Of a stretch of 64,000 nt of DNA, positions 36,141-58,554 are shown piece after piece. The notes below the pieces were generated by a model. That model worked only from the letters and a program-made list of their open reading frames with translations, made no database searches and was not told the origin of the DNA. Numbering within the stretch: position 1 is the first letter of the stretch; each line of letters starts with the position of its first letter. This stretch comes from the human T2T-CHM13v2.0 reference genome, Homo sapiens. The stretch lies in assembly GCF_009914755.1 (NCBI RefSeq), contig NC_060933.1; one strand, written 5' to 3'. Position numbers and translations under genes: made by a program.

Positions 36141-36599
36141 TGACAGAGTCTCACTTTGTTGCCCAGGCTGGAGTGCACTAGCTATTCACAGGCACGATCA
36201 CTGTGCACCTTAGCCTCAGACTCCTGGGCTCAAGCGATCCTCCTGCCTCAGCTTCCTGAGCAGCTGGGAGTACACGCATGTGCCACTGGGCCCAGCAGAA
36301 GTTTCTAATTTTGACAAAGTCCAACTTATCTATTTTTCTTTTGTTGCCGCTTCTTTTTGGCTTCATATCCAGGAAATCACTGCCAAATCTAACGTCATGA
36401 AGATTTTTTCCTGCTTTCTTCCAAGAATTTTATACTTTTAGCTCTTACCTTTAGGTATTTGGTCTATTTTGAGTAAACTTTTGAATATTATCTATTTTTT
36501 AAATGAGGTTTGGTAATTTGTGTTTTTCAAGGAATTTTTCAGTTTCATCTGAATTATTTAGGTTTAATGGTATGAAATTGTTCATAATTTCCTTACTAT

Positions 36600-37247
36600 T
36601 TTTGGGACAGAAAGGTGTGATGCCTTTCCCCTCCTCATAAGAGTCATGGCTGACACTCCATAATAAAAGATGGGTTAAAAAGAGAAAAATATAATTTATT
36701 TGGTCATAGTTTTACGTGACATGGGAGCCTTCAGAATGAGGACTCAGAGGTACAGGGGAAATGATCTGGTTTTATGCTTGGGTTCAATGAAGCAGGGACA
36801 GCCATGTAGAAGTGTGACTGGACAAAAATGGTTATAAGCCAGTGTTAATAGACTGAGTGAGGAAACCCAGCAGGCCTGTGTGGTTCAGATTCTTCTTGGC
36901 CTCTCTGAATGGCATTTAATTTCTCCCAGGTATGAGTAGTATCCTTTCTGGAATGGAGGGTTTATGACCTATTATCAAACAAGGTAGATGAGAGATTTTC
37001 TTCATAGCCAGGTCTTACACAGAAATGGGGGAAAATTAGAGTAATATATTTAGGTTTTATGGCTAGCTCTGTGGAAAAGGGTTGCATTAATAGTTTCTAT
37101 GACTTGCCTTGGGGAAGAGGAATTCGAGTTTCTGTGGCTTGCCTTGGAGGAGAATGATGGGGAAGAAACACAGGGCAAGAGAAAGAGAAATTTTGATTCT
37201 GAGGCTGCTGCTCAGTCCTTTGGGGTATCATTTTCTGAGCCCCAACA
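36600..37247 (-). mobile_element. MER39-like solo LTR
   Basis: The minus strand starts TGTTGGGGCTCAGAAAATGATACCCCAAAG; TSD CTAT. Confidence 0.8.
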
Positions 37248-37503
37248 CTATCATTAAAAAAAAAAACTTGGCCTCCCAGAATGCTGGGATTACAGGCATG
37301 AGCCACCGTGCCCAGCTTCCTGTGTTGTTTTTCTGACCCTTACTTGATTTTTTAATTATTTCTTTTCTTTTCTTTAATTTTTGTTTAATTTGTTAATGAA
37401 GTATGGCTAGCAGCAGGGTGACAGTCAGGTATACACCAGAATTTTTACATGATAGATCAATACAAAGAATTCTTCCTTTCTTTTTTTTCTTTTCAACTTT
37501 CAG

Positions 37504-39520
<2,017 letters not shown>

Positions 39521-39699
39521 ACACAATGTGATATATATATATATAAAGTAAATAAAAGAGACCCCTATGGCACCTACTTGCGTGTTTGCATATTCTTGTG
39601 TGTTCACCAAGAACTATTTCCTTTTGTCCCTAGGCCAACAACCACTCTTCCATCTATATGGGGTAGTGGAATGTGGATTTCAGTGGTAAAACAAGTCCT

Positions 39700-39932
39700 A
39701 TGAGAGATATCTTCATTCTATATGTTTTTTTGCTCTCCTTGTTCCTATACTAGAGATGAAAAATACCACATGGAAGGAGCCAAGGTTCAAGAATCACTGT
39801 GTGGAACAGTTTCCTCATCTTACTTCTCTGGCAGCCTTTTATGAGGAATAAACAAACTTGTTCTCTGCTGAGCTGTTATAGGTTTGGGTCTACTTGTTAC
39901 TGACATATCCTAGACATCCCTCAGCTGATACA
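39700..39932 (+). mobile_element. Old MaLR LTR fragment (MLT1J-like)
   Basis: ccacatggaaggagcc...cttgttactg...ctgatACA. Confidence 0.5.
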
Positions 39933-39974
39933 AGCTAAGAATATGACTTCCTTGAAAAGCGTGAAGTTGATATG

Positions 39975-40375
39975 TGTCTTAGTCCATTTGCATTGCTATA
40001 AAGGAATACCTGAGGCCGGGTAATTTATAAAGATAAAAGGTTGATTTGACTCATGGTTCTGCAGGCTGTACAAGAAGCATGGCACCAGCATCTTCTTCTG
40101 GTGAGGGACTCAGGTTGCTTCCACCCATGACAGAAGGGGAAGAGGGGTAGCAGGCTTCACTTGGAAAGACGAGGAAAGAGAGAGAGAAGGGAGGTGCCGG
40201 GATCTTTTTGACAATCAGATCTTGTGCAGCCTAATAGAGTGAGAACTCACTCATCAAGTTGATCACGAGGGATCCACCCCCATGACCCAGACACCTCCCA
40301 CTAGACCCCACCTCCAACATTGGGGATCAAATTTCAACATGAGATTTGAAGGAGGCAGACGCCCAAACGATATCA
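39975..40375 (-). mobile_element. MaLR LTR (MSTB-like)
   Basis: tgtcttagtccatttgcattgctataaaggaatacctgagg...ccaaacgatatca. Strand assignment is tentative. Confidence 0.85.
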
Positions 40376-40549
40376 AAAGCCTCATGGGAGAAACCCCTGA
40401 CAACATCCTGACTGATCATTAGCTATTGCCCACAACTCTTCATTACTCATCTGGTAAATGACAGGATTTGTCTGATGTTGCCTTGTGATTACATTTAGGT
40501 TATCTACCTTTTGTAGACATACAGCATAAGTAACAGAAGTGTTGAGATT

Positions 40550-40800
40550 TCTTTTCTTTTTTCTTTTCTTTTTTTTTTTTTTTGAGACAGTCTCCCTCTG
40601 TCACCCAGGCTGGAGTGCAGTGGCCGATCTCAGCTCACTACAACCTCTGCCTCCCAGGTTCAAGCAATTTTCCTGCCTCAGCCTCCTGAGTAGCTGGGAT
40701 TACAGGCGCTTGAGCTCAGGAGTTCGAGGATGCAGTGAGCTATGATGGCGGCACTGCAGTCTAGTCTGGGTGACAAAGCAAGACCTTGTATCTAACAAAA
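40550..40800. mobile_element. Fused inverted Alu right arms (- then +)
   Basis: A minus-strand Alu right arm switches at ~40708 into a plus-strand Alu right arm. Confidence 0.85.
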
Positions 40801-42357
40801 TTAGAAGAAAAATCTTGTGAGGAGATATGTTCAGGCTATGCATGTATCCTCTCAATCCTCAAGTCACTACTCATTACTTTTAGTGTTTACTCCTGATCAT
40901 TGCCCAAGTCACTTATTACCACAGTCGCAAAACCTGTTATTTTTAGTTCCATTATTCCTCACGTGTTTATCATGGTATAGAAAATAGTTTTCTTTTTTCC
41001 AGCATTTATTATTTATTTTTATTTATGTCTGTATAGATTCAGCTTTCTGTATTCAGTGGGTTATAATGCTTAGCTAGTATGGTTGTTTGTTTTTTATTCT
41101 CAAATCATCTGAGACGAAGCCTGTGGGGCATTTAAATTGTTCCTGTGTCCTTTTGTCATGTTTCTGGTATCTTTTTGCTTTTACCAAACCATTCTTGTAC
41201 TTGTTTTGATAATTTTGATTTTTCCTTACAATGTTTAGAATTCTAAGCCCCTCTTAAGAAATCCTTTAAGATTGTGATTAGAATTTCATTTAATTTTGTC
41301 TCAATCAGGTGCCCATAGGTATAACCAATTCAATGCACTGGCCTAGATTCCTTCTGTGGAAACCCAGAGACACAGTCTAGCCATATGGGGCTCAGGCCTT
41401 TCCTAGTTTCCCTCTGTGCTGACCAATGTCCAGAGAATACTCCCCACCCAGTACCACATCACCCACTAGGGAATGTTTTCCGGGCCCTAAATGTTTTTAA
41501 TGCTCCTTTTTTTCCCCCCTCTCTGCTTTATAGATCTTTTTTACCTGTGTCTAAACTTTTGTTCCAACAAATGGTAGGATCACCTGGAGACCCTGGAGGA
41601 ATTAGATTTCCTGCTCACCTCCTTCTTTAGGCTCCTTATGTCACTACAGGCACATAGGCAGCCTGTTTCCGCAGGGTTTCCACACTGCTGCGTGTGGTGA
41701 CTCTGCAGATGAGGAGCATTTTCACGCTTCAGCACTCACCCAGCACACCTTTTTCTTTCCTGTCTGTTGTTTGAAAGAATGATACTGTATCTTAGCTGCC
41801 TGTCTAGTTGACTAAGTGAATAAGTGTCTAACTATTATCAACCATATGTGACCTGACAGAGTGACAGACAACCCAGCTGTGTAACCACATAGATGGAGGG
41901 AACTTAGGGAGTGTTGCCAGGATAAATAGCTGCTTGCTTCTTTATCAGTTTAGGCTCCTCTGCATTGTGGAGCCCCTTACTCTGCCCTCTTGAGCACAGT
42001 TTTTAGTGTCAGGTAACTAGGCAATAAACATTCAGAACCACCTGCAGCCCACTGCTAACTTGAGTCCCATAAATGAGCTACAGGGAATTCATTAGCTGCC
42101 TGAGATATTCAAATTTATGGCTGTAGGTGGGTGTGCGCATACTTCTGGCATGAAGATTCATGGTTTTTGTCACATTTTCAAAATGATTGCTACTCTAATG
42201 ATGCAAAATTGTCAAGAACTTTTGCTCAGGAGAGACCCCTAGGAAGCTCATGAATAACTTTCTGTTATATGTGCAGGTTTCTGGGAAGATAGTGCATAGC
42301 TGTTTTCAAAATTTCTAAATATTTAATAACTTAGTTACCTATTACCTATAATTTTTT

Positions 42358-43041
<684 letters not shown>

Positions 43042-43479
43042 ATTTTCATCTGCTGCTCAGAAGTGACCTCCAAGAAACTTACATTTATTATGTTCAACCC
43101 CCATGTTCCATTTCACAGCCACTCCGATGTATGATATTGCCATCTCAGGGGTCAGAGTGCTATGCAACAAGTTAAGAGTGTCTGGCTGACTCTTGAGCAG
43201 CACCTAGAGACCTATTCTTCTGTTTGGACTCAGGTTTCAAAGATTGCTCTCAGTGCCTGTGAAGAGCAAGGCTTGATCAAAGTCTTCCAGAGACTGGCCC
43301 AGGGCAGTCCACCAGCTCTGTTCTTGCTGGTGGCCTTCCTTACCACAGGATGATAATTTCAGGGCAGAAATTCTTCAGTCTCAAGTAGGATGTGAGGATC
43401 TTGATATAGCACCATCCTGTGTGGCTAAAGAAAGTGAACCTTTGAGAATAATCTGTGAGAAAATGACTTAGGTAGGTAT

Positions 43480-45500
43480 TGGTCTATGACTTCTAGTTAA
43501 TAATGAGTTCATTTGTGTATAAGATTGCATTGTAGGTGTGTATATATGTGAATGTTTTGTATAGCAGTGTGTTAGCTAAGCAAGGAAAGCTGTTTAGCAA
43601 TGTTGTGTTTGATTGCAGCAGGTGAAGAGGTATTTCTAGAAGAAATAAACTTTTTAAAGATTCTTTTCCTTTTGGTGAGAACACTTGCTTGAGGAGAGTA
43701 GAAGCAACATTTAACAGTCAATTAAGAAACAGTATGAATGATTTAAGTGGTCTTCCTTAGCTGTTGTTGAGCCCACAATTGTTACCAATACTGCTCTGTT
43801 GCTATTTATTTGATGTGTTGTTTGAAGTGAGTGAAGAATTAATCTCTATTAATAGTTTGAATGGAACAACTACAGGTGAGAATATTTTAAAGAGAAGTTG
43901 TGAAAACACTTAGTGCAACCTGAGGTGGAATTGCTAAGATGTGTTTCAACTGATGGTGGTAAAAATATGTGGAACAGAAAAAAGCTTAGTTGTGCAAATC
44001 TACAGAGCTTGTGAAAATATAAGGTGTTGAAGACCTATGGTTATTCATTATATCGTTCATCAACAGGAACATTGCTGAAAACATTTCAGTCTGTCATGTC
44101 TTACTGAGTGAGTAGTGTAACAGTAAAACTGCTGGTCTCATTGACTTAACTCTGATGAGATCCATGAATTTGAATGTTTTGTCTTGTCCTGTCACATAGC
44201 TGATCAATGACTTAGCAGTGGTAAACACTTATTGTGAATTTTTAAAGCTTATAGCCAAGACTGAAATTTTTCTGAATGAGAAAATCTGCCCTAAAGCACT
44301 ATTAATAAACTGTGAATGCCATAGGTTTGATAATCTTTCTGAATTCAGCTTGAAGTTACAAGGCAAAATAGCACTTATATGTGAAATTTAGATATGGTGG
44401 TTAAGTCATTCCAACAACTAATGTTTGAATCGCAAGTAACGTCAACCTGCTGTGTACACTCTTGTGTTGTCAAAAATTACAAGATCTGGGTGTGATGGCA
44501 CTTGCCTGGGGTCCCAGCTACTTGGGGGTGCTGAGGTGGGAGGATCACTGGAGCAAAAGAGTTTTGAGTACAGCCTGTGTAACATAGCAAGACCCTGTCT
44601 CTTAAAAAATTACAGCAAGAAGAGAGATCTCCATTCCCATGCTTTAGAAGCTGAAACTACTATTCTAGCAGCATTTTGGGAGAAGTTTGATGCAAATAAA
44701 AAGGAAATTTCCATACTTCAAAAGCATTAAATTTTGAGGTGCTGCCACCTAATGTTTAATTGGAAGCGATTGATCTGCAGTGTAATACATGTTGAGGAGC
44801 TGATGTGCAGAGGACAATCAGATACAATTCTGTCAATACCTTCCTAGCGCAAAATAGCCTTAAATAGAATTGTATGCCAAGAATCAGTACTTGGCAGTAT
44901 GTATTTGTATGGAGAGACTTTTTTTTTTTTTGAGCCAGGTCTCACTCTGTCACTGCACTGACATTGCTCACTGTGATCATGGCTCACTGCAGCCTGGACT
45001 TCCCAGGCTTAAGCAATCCTCCCACCTCAGCCTCCAGAGTATCTGGGACCACAGGCACTCACCATCGTGCCTGGCTAATTTTCTAAAGTTTTTGTAGAGA
45101 TGAGGTCTCATTATGTTGCCCAGCCTGGTCTCAAACTCCTGGGCTCAAGTGATCCTCTCGCTTCAGCCTCCCACAGTGGAGAAACATTTTCAAAAGATGA
45201 AATATATAAAATCTCATTACCGATCATCATTAACAGGTGAACATTTGAACTGATTTTGATAAATGGGACACATACTAACTCTGAATTGCATTCAACAAAA
45301 TGTAGAATTCCATTCTCCTTAGTAGACCTATACTACCTAAACTTGCACCTTTTAATTAAACTTCAAATTTCATGAATAACAATTTTGTGTAAGTTCTTTT
45401 TCTCCTTTTATATAAGGACCCATGTAATAGCCTTCATTTGTCTCTTTTTCCATGCAATCTAAAATATTTATGACTCCTTACATACAAAGTTTGTCAAGTG
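43480..45500 (+). mobile_element. hAT-Charlie DNA transposon transposase fossil (Cheshire/MER58-like 3' end), interrupted by Alu pieces
   Basis: Broken frames resembling hAT DDE motifs (SLAV.E.T.VTNTA.LLFI, EEL.S..SL.GTTTGENI, CVSTDGGKNM, IH.IVHQQ) and the terminal ctaaaatattta...aaagtttgtc. Confidence 0.75.
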
Positions 45501-45671
45501 ATACCCTACAGAAAGGACCATGCTCTAAAGTTATGTTTAAGACCATATTAGATGCACAGCGACAAAAGATTAAACAAAGCCTGACAGGGCCAGAAGCATC
45601 CACATGTAATTCAATTACTTGGTTTAGCAAAACAGTCAACATCCTATAATGGAAGTCAGCATTATCCAGGG

Positions 45672-46093
45672 TAGTGAGTTGAATTGTATCCCTACAAAGT
45701 TCATGTCTACCTACAACCTCTGAACATGATCTTAGTGAAATAGGGTGTTTGCAGATGTAATTAGGATAATGACTGAAATGAGCGTATCCTGGATTAGGGC
45801 AGACCCTAAATCCAATGAGAGTTTTCTTACAAGAAATAGACAAGGACACACTAGGACACAGAGAAGACAGTGTGAAGACGGAGGCTGAGATTGGAGTGAT
45901 GTGCTTGCAAACCAAGGAATGCCAGGACCACAATAATCTGGGAGAAGAAAGGAAGTATTCTTCCTTAGATCCTTTAGAGTGTGGCCTTGATTTTTGACTT
46001 CTGGTCTCCAGAACTGTAAGAGAATAAATTTCTGTTTCTTCAAGCCACAAAGTTTGTGGTAATATGTTGCAGCAGCCCTAGGAAATAAATACA
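45672..46093 (+). mobile_element. MLT1B/C LTR
   Basis: gtagtgagttgaattgtatccc...gcagccctaggaaataaatACA. Confidence 0.85.
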
Positions 46094-46283
46094 TCTAGAA
46101 TCTCTACAATATTTTATCTGTAATGTCTAACATAATTCAGATGCCTGACATATTAAGCAGAATAATGTGACGCAAAATCAAGAGGGAAAAAGCCTACCAA
46201 TGGAAAAGGCCCGAGATGACCTAAATGTTGTAATGAGAAAACATGGGTTTTGAAGCAGCTGTTTTATTATGTTTAAAGATTTA

Positions 46284-46917
<634 letters not shown>

Positions 46918-47139
46918 TGAATGATACCAGTATGAGCCAAGGTTACCAGAGCCAGGACAGAACAGTGTCCCCCAATATTAGGAGATGTGCGGGGCCTCCT
47001 CTGTACAGCCCCAGGGGATGGCTCTTTCTCTCCATGTCACTCCCCATTGGCCCCAGGAAGGAGGCGAGCTCTAGAATCTCTGGCTTGCAGTGAGCTCCAG
47101 GCTCAGGAGATGTCAACTCTCTCCCCTTAGGTCAGTCTA

Positions 47140-52880
<5,741 letters not shown>

Positions 52881-54348
52881 GTCCACTAAGAGCTATCAAA
52901 GTGGATTGCTTTTACAATTTGTATTTTTCAAATGTGATTGTTGTGATACCTCCTCCTTTTTCTTATTAAATCATGACCTGTCCTTAAAGCCCACATTGTC
53001 CAGAGAGAAGGCAGTTACAAGTCATTGTTGACAAGGCAATACAAAGTGACAGAGACACTAGGAAAGTGGTAAAAGATAAGATCAAAGTTGGTAAGAGAGG
53101 CAGTAAATGACTTCGGGGCAAGGATTGTTACCATTAACGGAGGGATTAGGAATATGATGGTTAACAACTGTCATATTCTAAAGAATATTGCATGTTTCTA
53201 AGGAAATAAGGGATTCCTGAGGGTACAACTTACTTGGTGTAAAATGGATTAGGGCATGGCTTGCAGATTCATGCCACAGATGTCAGGCAGGTTACATCAA
53301 TGAGGCAAAGGGGAAAAAGACTGATCATTAGTTGGCTCCAGTGAGGACTGAGAGATTGGTATGTTGGTTTGGAGCATTTAATTTAGTGCATCTGAACATC
53401 AAGTAAGAGAGAAGTAAACCATAATTAGGTATGCTGAAGGTATGTACAAGGTTGTCATCATCTCAATCCTTTTGGCTCATTAAATATTTTTTTTTTAAAG
53501 AGCATAGCCTCTTCACCCTTGCCATTTGAGGGATTGAATTGTTAGGCATGTATGCATTGGAGACATCTGGTGAATAAGGAACTAAATGAGGATAGGAAGG
53601 CTTCATTAGTTAGCGATGACATTACCTATCCTGAACCTGTCACTCAGTCCCAGCATATCTGATTAGTCAAATTTATTTTGGCAGATGTCTTTTGCCAAGA
53701 AATCAGGCCAACCAGTTTCCTAGTTTAAGTATCAATGGGTCAGTCAGCTGATGTGTAAGCTAGTTATACAGTTCTGTCAGTGCTCCTTAGAATACTGGAA
53801 GATCACTAAAATAGCCAGTTGGCCAGGCAGGCTGTTGGTACTTGAAGACTGTGCAATCTGACAAGAAAACAAATTTCTCTCCCATTATAAAAGGCTACCC
53901 TAGTACAAGGACAGAAGATACTATTTCTTCTGGGGTTCTGGGAAGACATTTAATATGACAAGGTATCAGAGAAGACAAACATAGAGGCAGGAAGTCACAT
54001 GAAGGTGTTATACCCCTTCTTTCAGGGTAACATGTCTCTCCAAGGGCAAAGATATCTGAATGTAACAAAAAACTTCTCTTTTGAACTGTGAGAAGGATTA
54101 TTTGGAGAGTAAAAATGAGGGGAACTATTGTTAAGTTGGATTAAAGTGATGATCCCCAGATTTTCTTTGCATGCCCATCTGGTTGATCTTGGAAATAGGA
54201 TTTTACATTATTGTTTTGCAAAATTGCTTAGACTGGTACTTACAAAGTATTTGTGTGGAAGCAAAGCAGAAAAAAAAAAAAGGTTATACTCTACAATACT
54301 AATAAACTGATTAAATGTGTAGACATAACTTTGAACTGGGAATCTCAA

Positions 54349-54354
54349 TTTATT
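54349..54354 (-). terminator. ZNF510: Candidate distal polyadenylation signal (AATAAA) of ZNF510
   Basis: TTTATT on the + strand in unique sequence ~4.2 kb past the stop codon. Confidence 0.55.
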
Positions 54355-55655
54355 GAAAATACATGTTTTGGTTGACAAAGATCTGAAGAACAGTTCTGTA
54401 CACTTCTGAAGATTAAGAACAAGTTTTAAAAATTTATAAAATACCCGTGAATAGGGAACTTATAGCAATATTTTACCTATTTATAATAATCACCCAAAAG
54501 ATAACTTGGAACATCAAAAGGAAAAATGCTCAGATTTCAGTTTGATAACTGTACCTTCAGCAAGTATTTCTGAGTGCCTAATACGAAGAGGGACTGCTTC
54601 ATGTGTTTGAGATACACTGTGAATAAAACAGACAAAAATTCCTGCCTTGTTTTCTATCTTTATTAGCTTGAAGGCCCTTAGTGGGTGGGCAGACAGAAAA
54701 TCAGCTCCTCCAGAGTCTCTAGATGAGGCATCCATCTGCTAGAGTAAAAGACCATGAGTTGCTAAGGAGATCAACCAGGCAAGGAGAGGGAGCATACATG
54801 ACTAGAGCACAGACCATGGTCTCCAGTTGGTGATGTATTGTATGGAAAGGTATCCTGTGGGCCGCCCTCTGCTAAGGGACAGCAGGTGAAGCCTGAGTCC
54901 CCAGTCATGGGGCTTTGCCACCTGGCCTCCCAATGACTCAGGCCACCTCGGTGAATCAGTTCCACCCTACAGGGTTCCTGATCCTTAATACCAAACCCAG
55001 TCATAATCCTCAAATATCCTATTTAAAAGGGGCAGGAAGAGAGATGATTCTAAATATTTTCTTTCAGAAAGTGTCTTGAGTAAAAAAAGTTTAAAGACAG
55101 ACTTGCTTTATATTAGGAAGTATTACAAAAACAGAGTAAACAGTGATGTTTTGATTCTCAGGGACTAACTGGTCCTAACAGGTACTAACTGGGCTTGTGT
55201 ACCATTAATCTTCCTGTCATATCTGCTTCTCTCCAGGGGTAACCTTATGCTCTCCTATTGTCAATGCATTTTCTTGGTAAGGCTGCTGGCAGTTCTACAG
55301 TTACAATGTAACTGGCCTATGATATTCTATTTCTTAAGTCCTAAGATGTATTCTTTTTCCAAACTTGATTCAATTATCCTTCTGTGAAAAATTCAGTAGC
55401 AGGCCAGAAAGATGGGTATTATGGTTCCTATACATGCCAGTCCTATTCACAAAATGATGTTACTAAAATATCAGAATGTTTAATCAGTCATATGCACTAT
55501 CTTTACAAATGACAATTTAGTATATATTTAAAATCAGTGGGAAAAAGGTGAATTAATCAATGGCATATGAAGTACTGGCTATTTATCCAGAAGGAAAAAA
55601 GTTTTGTAAATTCTTATATCCAATGACATCAATGGAAGCGTCAGATAAAGAGACC

Positions 55656-55661
55656 TTTATT
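55656..55661 (-). terminator. ZNF510: Candidate proximal polyadenylation signal (AATAAA) of ZNF510
   Basis: TTTATT on the + strand, with two UGUA motifs immediately upstream in the transcript. Confidence 0.6.
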
Positions 55662-57378
55662 TTGTACAGTACATGGTACTGTAAAAGTACCATGTACTTT
55701 TACCATGTCACCCAGTGTCACATGGGTGATTTTTTGCCATACCAGTAAAATGATGGATCCAGGTAGCAACCGTCACAATCTGGATGGAGAAAGCTGTCGG
55801 CAGCTTGATTCCAGTCAGTCTTATCAGAAAATAGTCTCTTATTATGGGCATCTACTTGAGCAACCCAGATGGTTGTACTAAGCAGCTGTGACTTTTACCC
55901 CCACTGTACAAAGAAAGGGTGCTTTTTAATCTGTAATTTCCAATTAGAATATCAAATATCTAGGCCACATCCAGAGCCAAGGCTTAACAAAAATGTAACA
56001 TGGTTTATGAAATGGAGTATTGGCCAGAGCTGAGAACATCCTCGTGCTCTTTCCACTGAGAGGAGTGACCGCTTCACTTTGGGTTTGTTAATGGCACTGA
56101 GTTTGAACACACACAGGATCCTAGTAGTTTCAGTTGGCGAAAGCATCAGTGAGCCAGGCCCAATTACAGTAACCTCTATGAATTGAGGGCTCTACTAAGC
56201 CAGCAACTTTGCTTCGTTCTGGAAAGAGGTGATACATTATTTCCCTTCTAAGAGACAGCTACTACTATTGCCTATACAGCTGACATACTGTGGGGCCAGG
56301 ACAGGTGCTTTCCTGAATGCCCCATTTTCATTCCACAAGTGAGGCTTGCTGGGTCCTTTTCATTTTGTTAGTTGTTGAGTCCAAGACGACAAACTCCTAA
56401 AGTGGAATTTTAGGTCAGAACCCTCTACCCAAGGAAGAGATATCCAATGTGTAAAAGAGCCCAAGAGTAAACTAACAGCTGCTTTTCAGAAGGGGTGGAC
56501 CTGGTACCCTTGTCAGGGAACCAAGTCAATCCCCTGGCCCCCAGCTCCCAAGGGCTGCCCCCTTTTGCCAGAAGTTTCAACCCACAAAATCACCAGTCAC
56601 AGAGAGAGACTTGAAGCCCAAAATGATCAGAGCTGTTGGACCTCAGAGGTATCTTTACATACAATTATTCCTGATTAGAATTCTATGACTTATGCGAATT
56701 ACAGGGAATTAGAATTCTCTCTATAACTTATGGGAATTAATCCCTACTACACTTTCAGATGTAAACATAACTGTAGTATACTCTACTGGCCCAAAGTACC
56801 TCACCCATAAAGTTATTAAATTTGTTTGCCTTCCCATTGCCAAACCCCATTAGCTAAATCTAGGTGTCCTGTACCCCCACAGGAACTAGTAAGATGTTGC
56901 CTTGGGCATGGATTCAATAAAGCCATATAAATCTGAGTCCCTCCCCTCTCTGGAGGTTTCCCATAATACTTGGGTGGGTGCCAATGGCCTTTGGAGCCAG
57001 GGAAAACTCCTTAAAGCAGATATAGCTGGGGTATATGGAGGTGTCAGGAGGTGTGGGGGCAGTACCTCTGTGCAATTAAGGCACACTTACGTTGAACTGC
57101 ACAGTGGCTGCTCACCATTCAGCCAAAAGACTTTTAGGTTCATGCAAAGCCCTGTATCAGGTGGTACTATCAATTTCATTACATTGAAAGGATGTCTTTT
57201 CCACAATTCTCTGATCATATTTGAGGTTCTCCTTGACTCTCTAGCCTCCTAATAAGGTTTGTGCCCTCTGATTGACTTAAGCCTGGCTTACACAGAAGCT
57301 TTCTGCCTTCCTAGCAGAAGATAACTAAATTATGTGTAGAAACAAATAGACTCAAACATGTGAAAGCTCAACAGAATA

Positions 57379-57911
57379 CAGTAGTCCCTGCTTAACTACA
57401 AGGAATGCTCTCCAAGAATTCCAAGTTGATGTTTGAAACCACGGGTATACTGAACCCTGTATATACTATATTTTTTTCCTACATATACACATGCCTATGA
57501 TAGTTTAATCTCTTGCTGTGCCTAATTTATAAATTAAGGACTAATAATGGAATAATTACAACAACATGCCAGAAATGCTCTTGCAATTTCAGGCCATTAT
57601 TTAGTAAAACAAGGGTTACTTGAATACAAGCACTGTCATACCCTGACAGGTGATCTGATAACTAAAATGTCAAGTAAGTGACTAACTGGCAGATAGTGTA
57701 TACACTGTGGATATGCTAGACTAAGGAATGATTCAATAACCCTCATGGGAGAGCAGGAGGGCATGAGACTTCATCCCACTACTCAGAATCGGGTGCAGTT
57801 TAAAATGTAGGAATTGTTTATTTCTGGATCCATTTAATAACTTTAAAGTACAGTTGACCATGGTTAATGGAAATTGCGTAAAGTGAAAATACAGATAAGG
57901 GGGGACTACTG
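57379..57911. mobile_element. MER44 (Tigger7-family MITE) in the ZNF510 3' UTR
   Basis: TIRs CAGTAGTCCC...GGGACTACTG and a TA target duplication. Confidence 0.88.
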
Positions 57912-58554
57912 TATAAGCTTAAATTTTGCTCACATAATGTTCAACTGGGAAAGACACAGAAGAGGAGAATTTTGCTGCGTGTATTCATTCAGGCACAGAC
58001 TTCTTTATCTTGTACCATGCCACATTAAAGCACGGCACCAAGCTTGTCCTAGAAATGATATCCATTTTGTTGTGACAGGGCCCTGGTAATTTATTAGGGA
58101 AGTCTCTTATGTTTCAGACTGGGATGTGATATACATCATGGACATCCACATCTTAGTAGCCAGTCACAAAGACCAACCTGGATGAAAAGGAGATTGGGAA
58201 ATCTGGACTATGTGCCTGGAGTAAAATGAAATTGGTGCTGGTGAAGAGATTACCAGCCTGTGTGATGTGTGGGAGCTATCTAATAGGGTATGACTTCATT
58301 CAGGCCTATCCATAGTACTCTGAAAACAGAAGCCTGTCTGAATTCTTTGATACACTCTGAAGGTTGCATTTTGGACACAATTCTTCCTGCATTCATCTTC
58401 ATCTGGTTTCTTTCCTATGTGAATTCTCTGATTCACAGTGAGGGTTTACTTCTGGGACTGTCTTCTTACATTCACTACCCTCAATTGGTTTTTTGTGTAT
58501 CTCTGATATCAAATGGGGTATTCCTTTTGTCAAAAGGATTTTCTAGTTATTACA

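Noticed and set aside
52900-53700. Possible very old LINE (L2/CR1) remnants
   Set aside because: Too diverged to call by eye.
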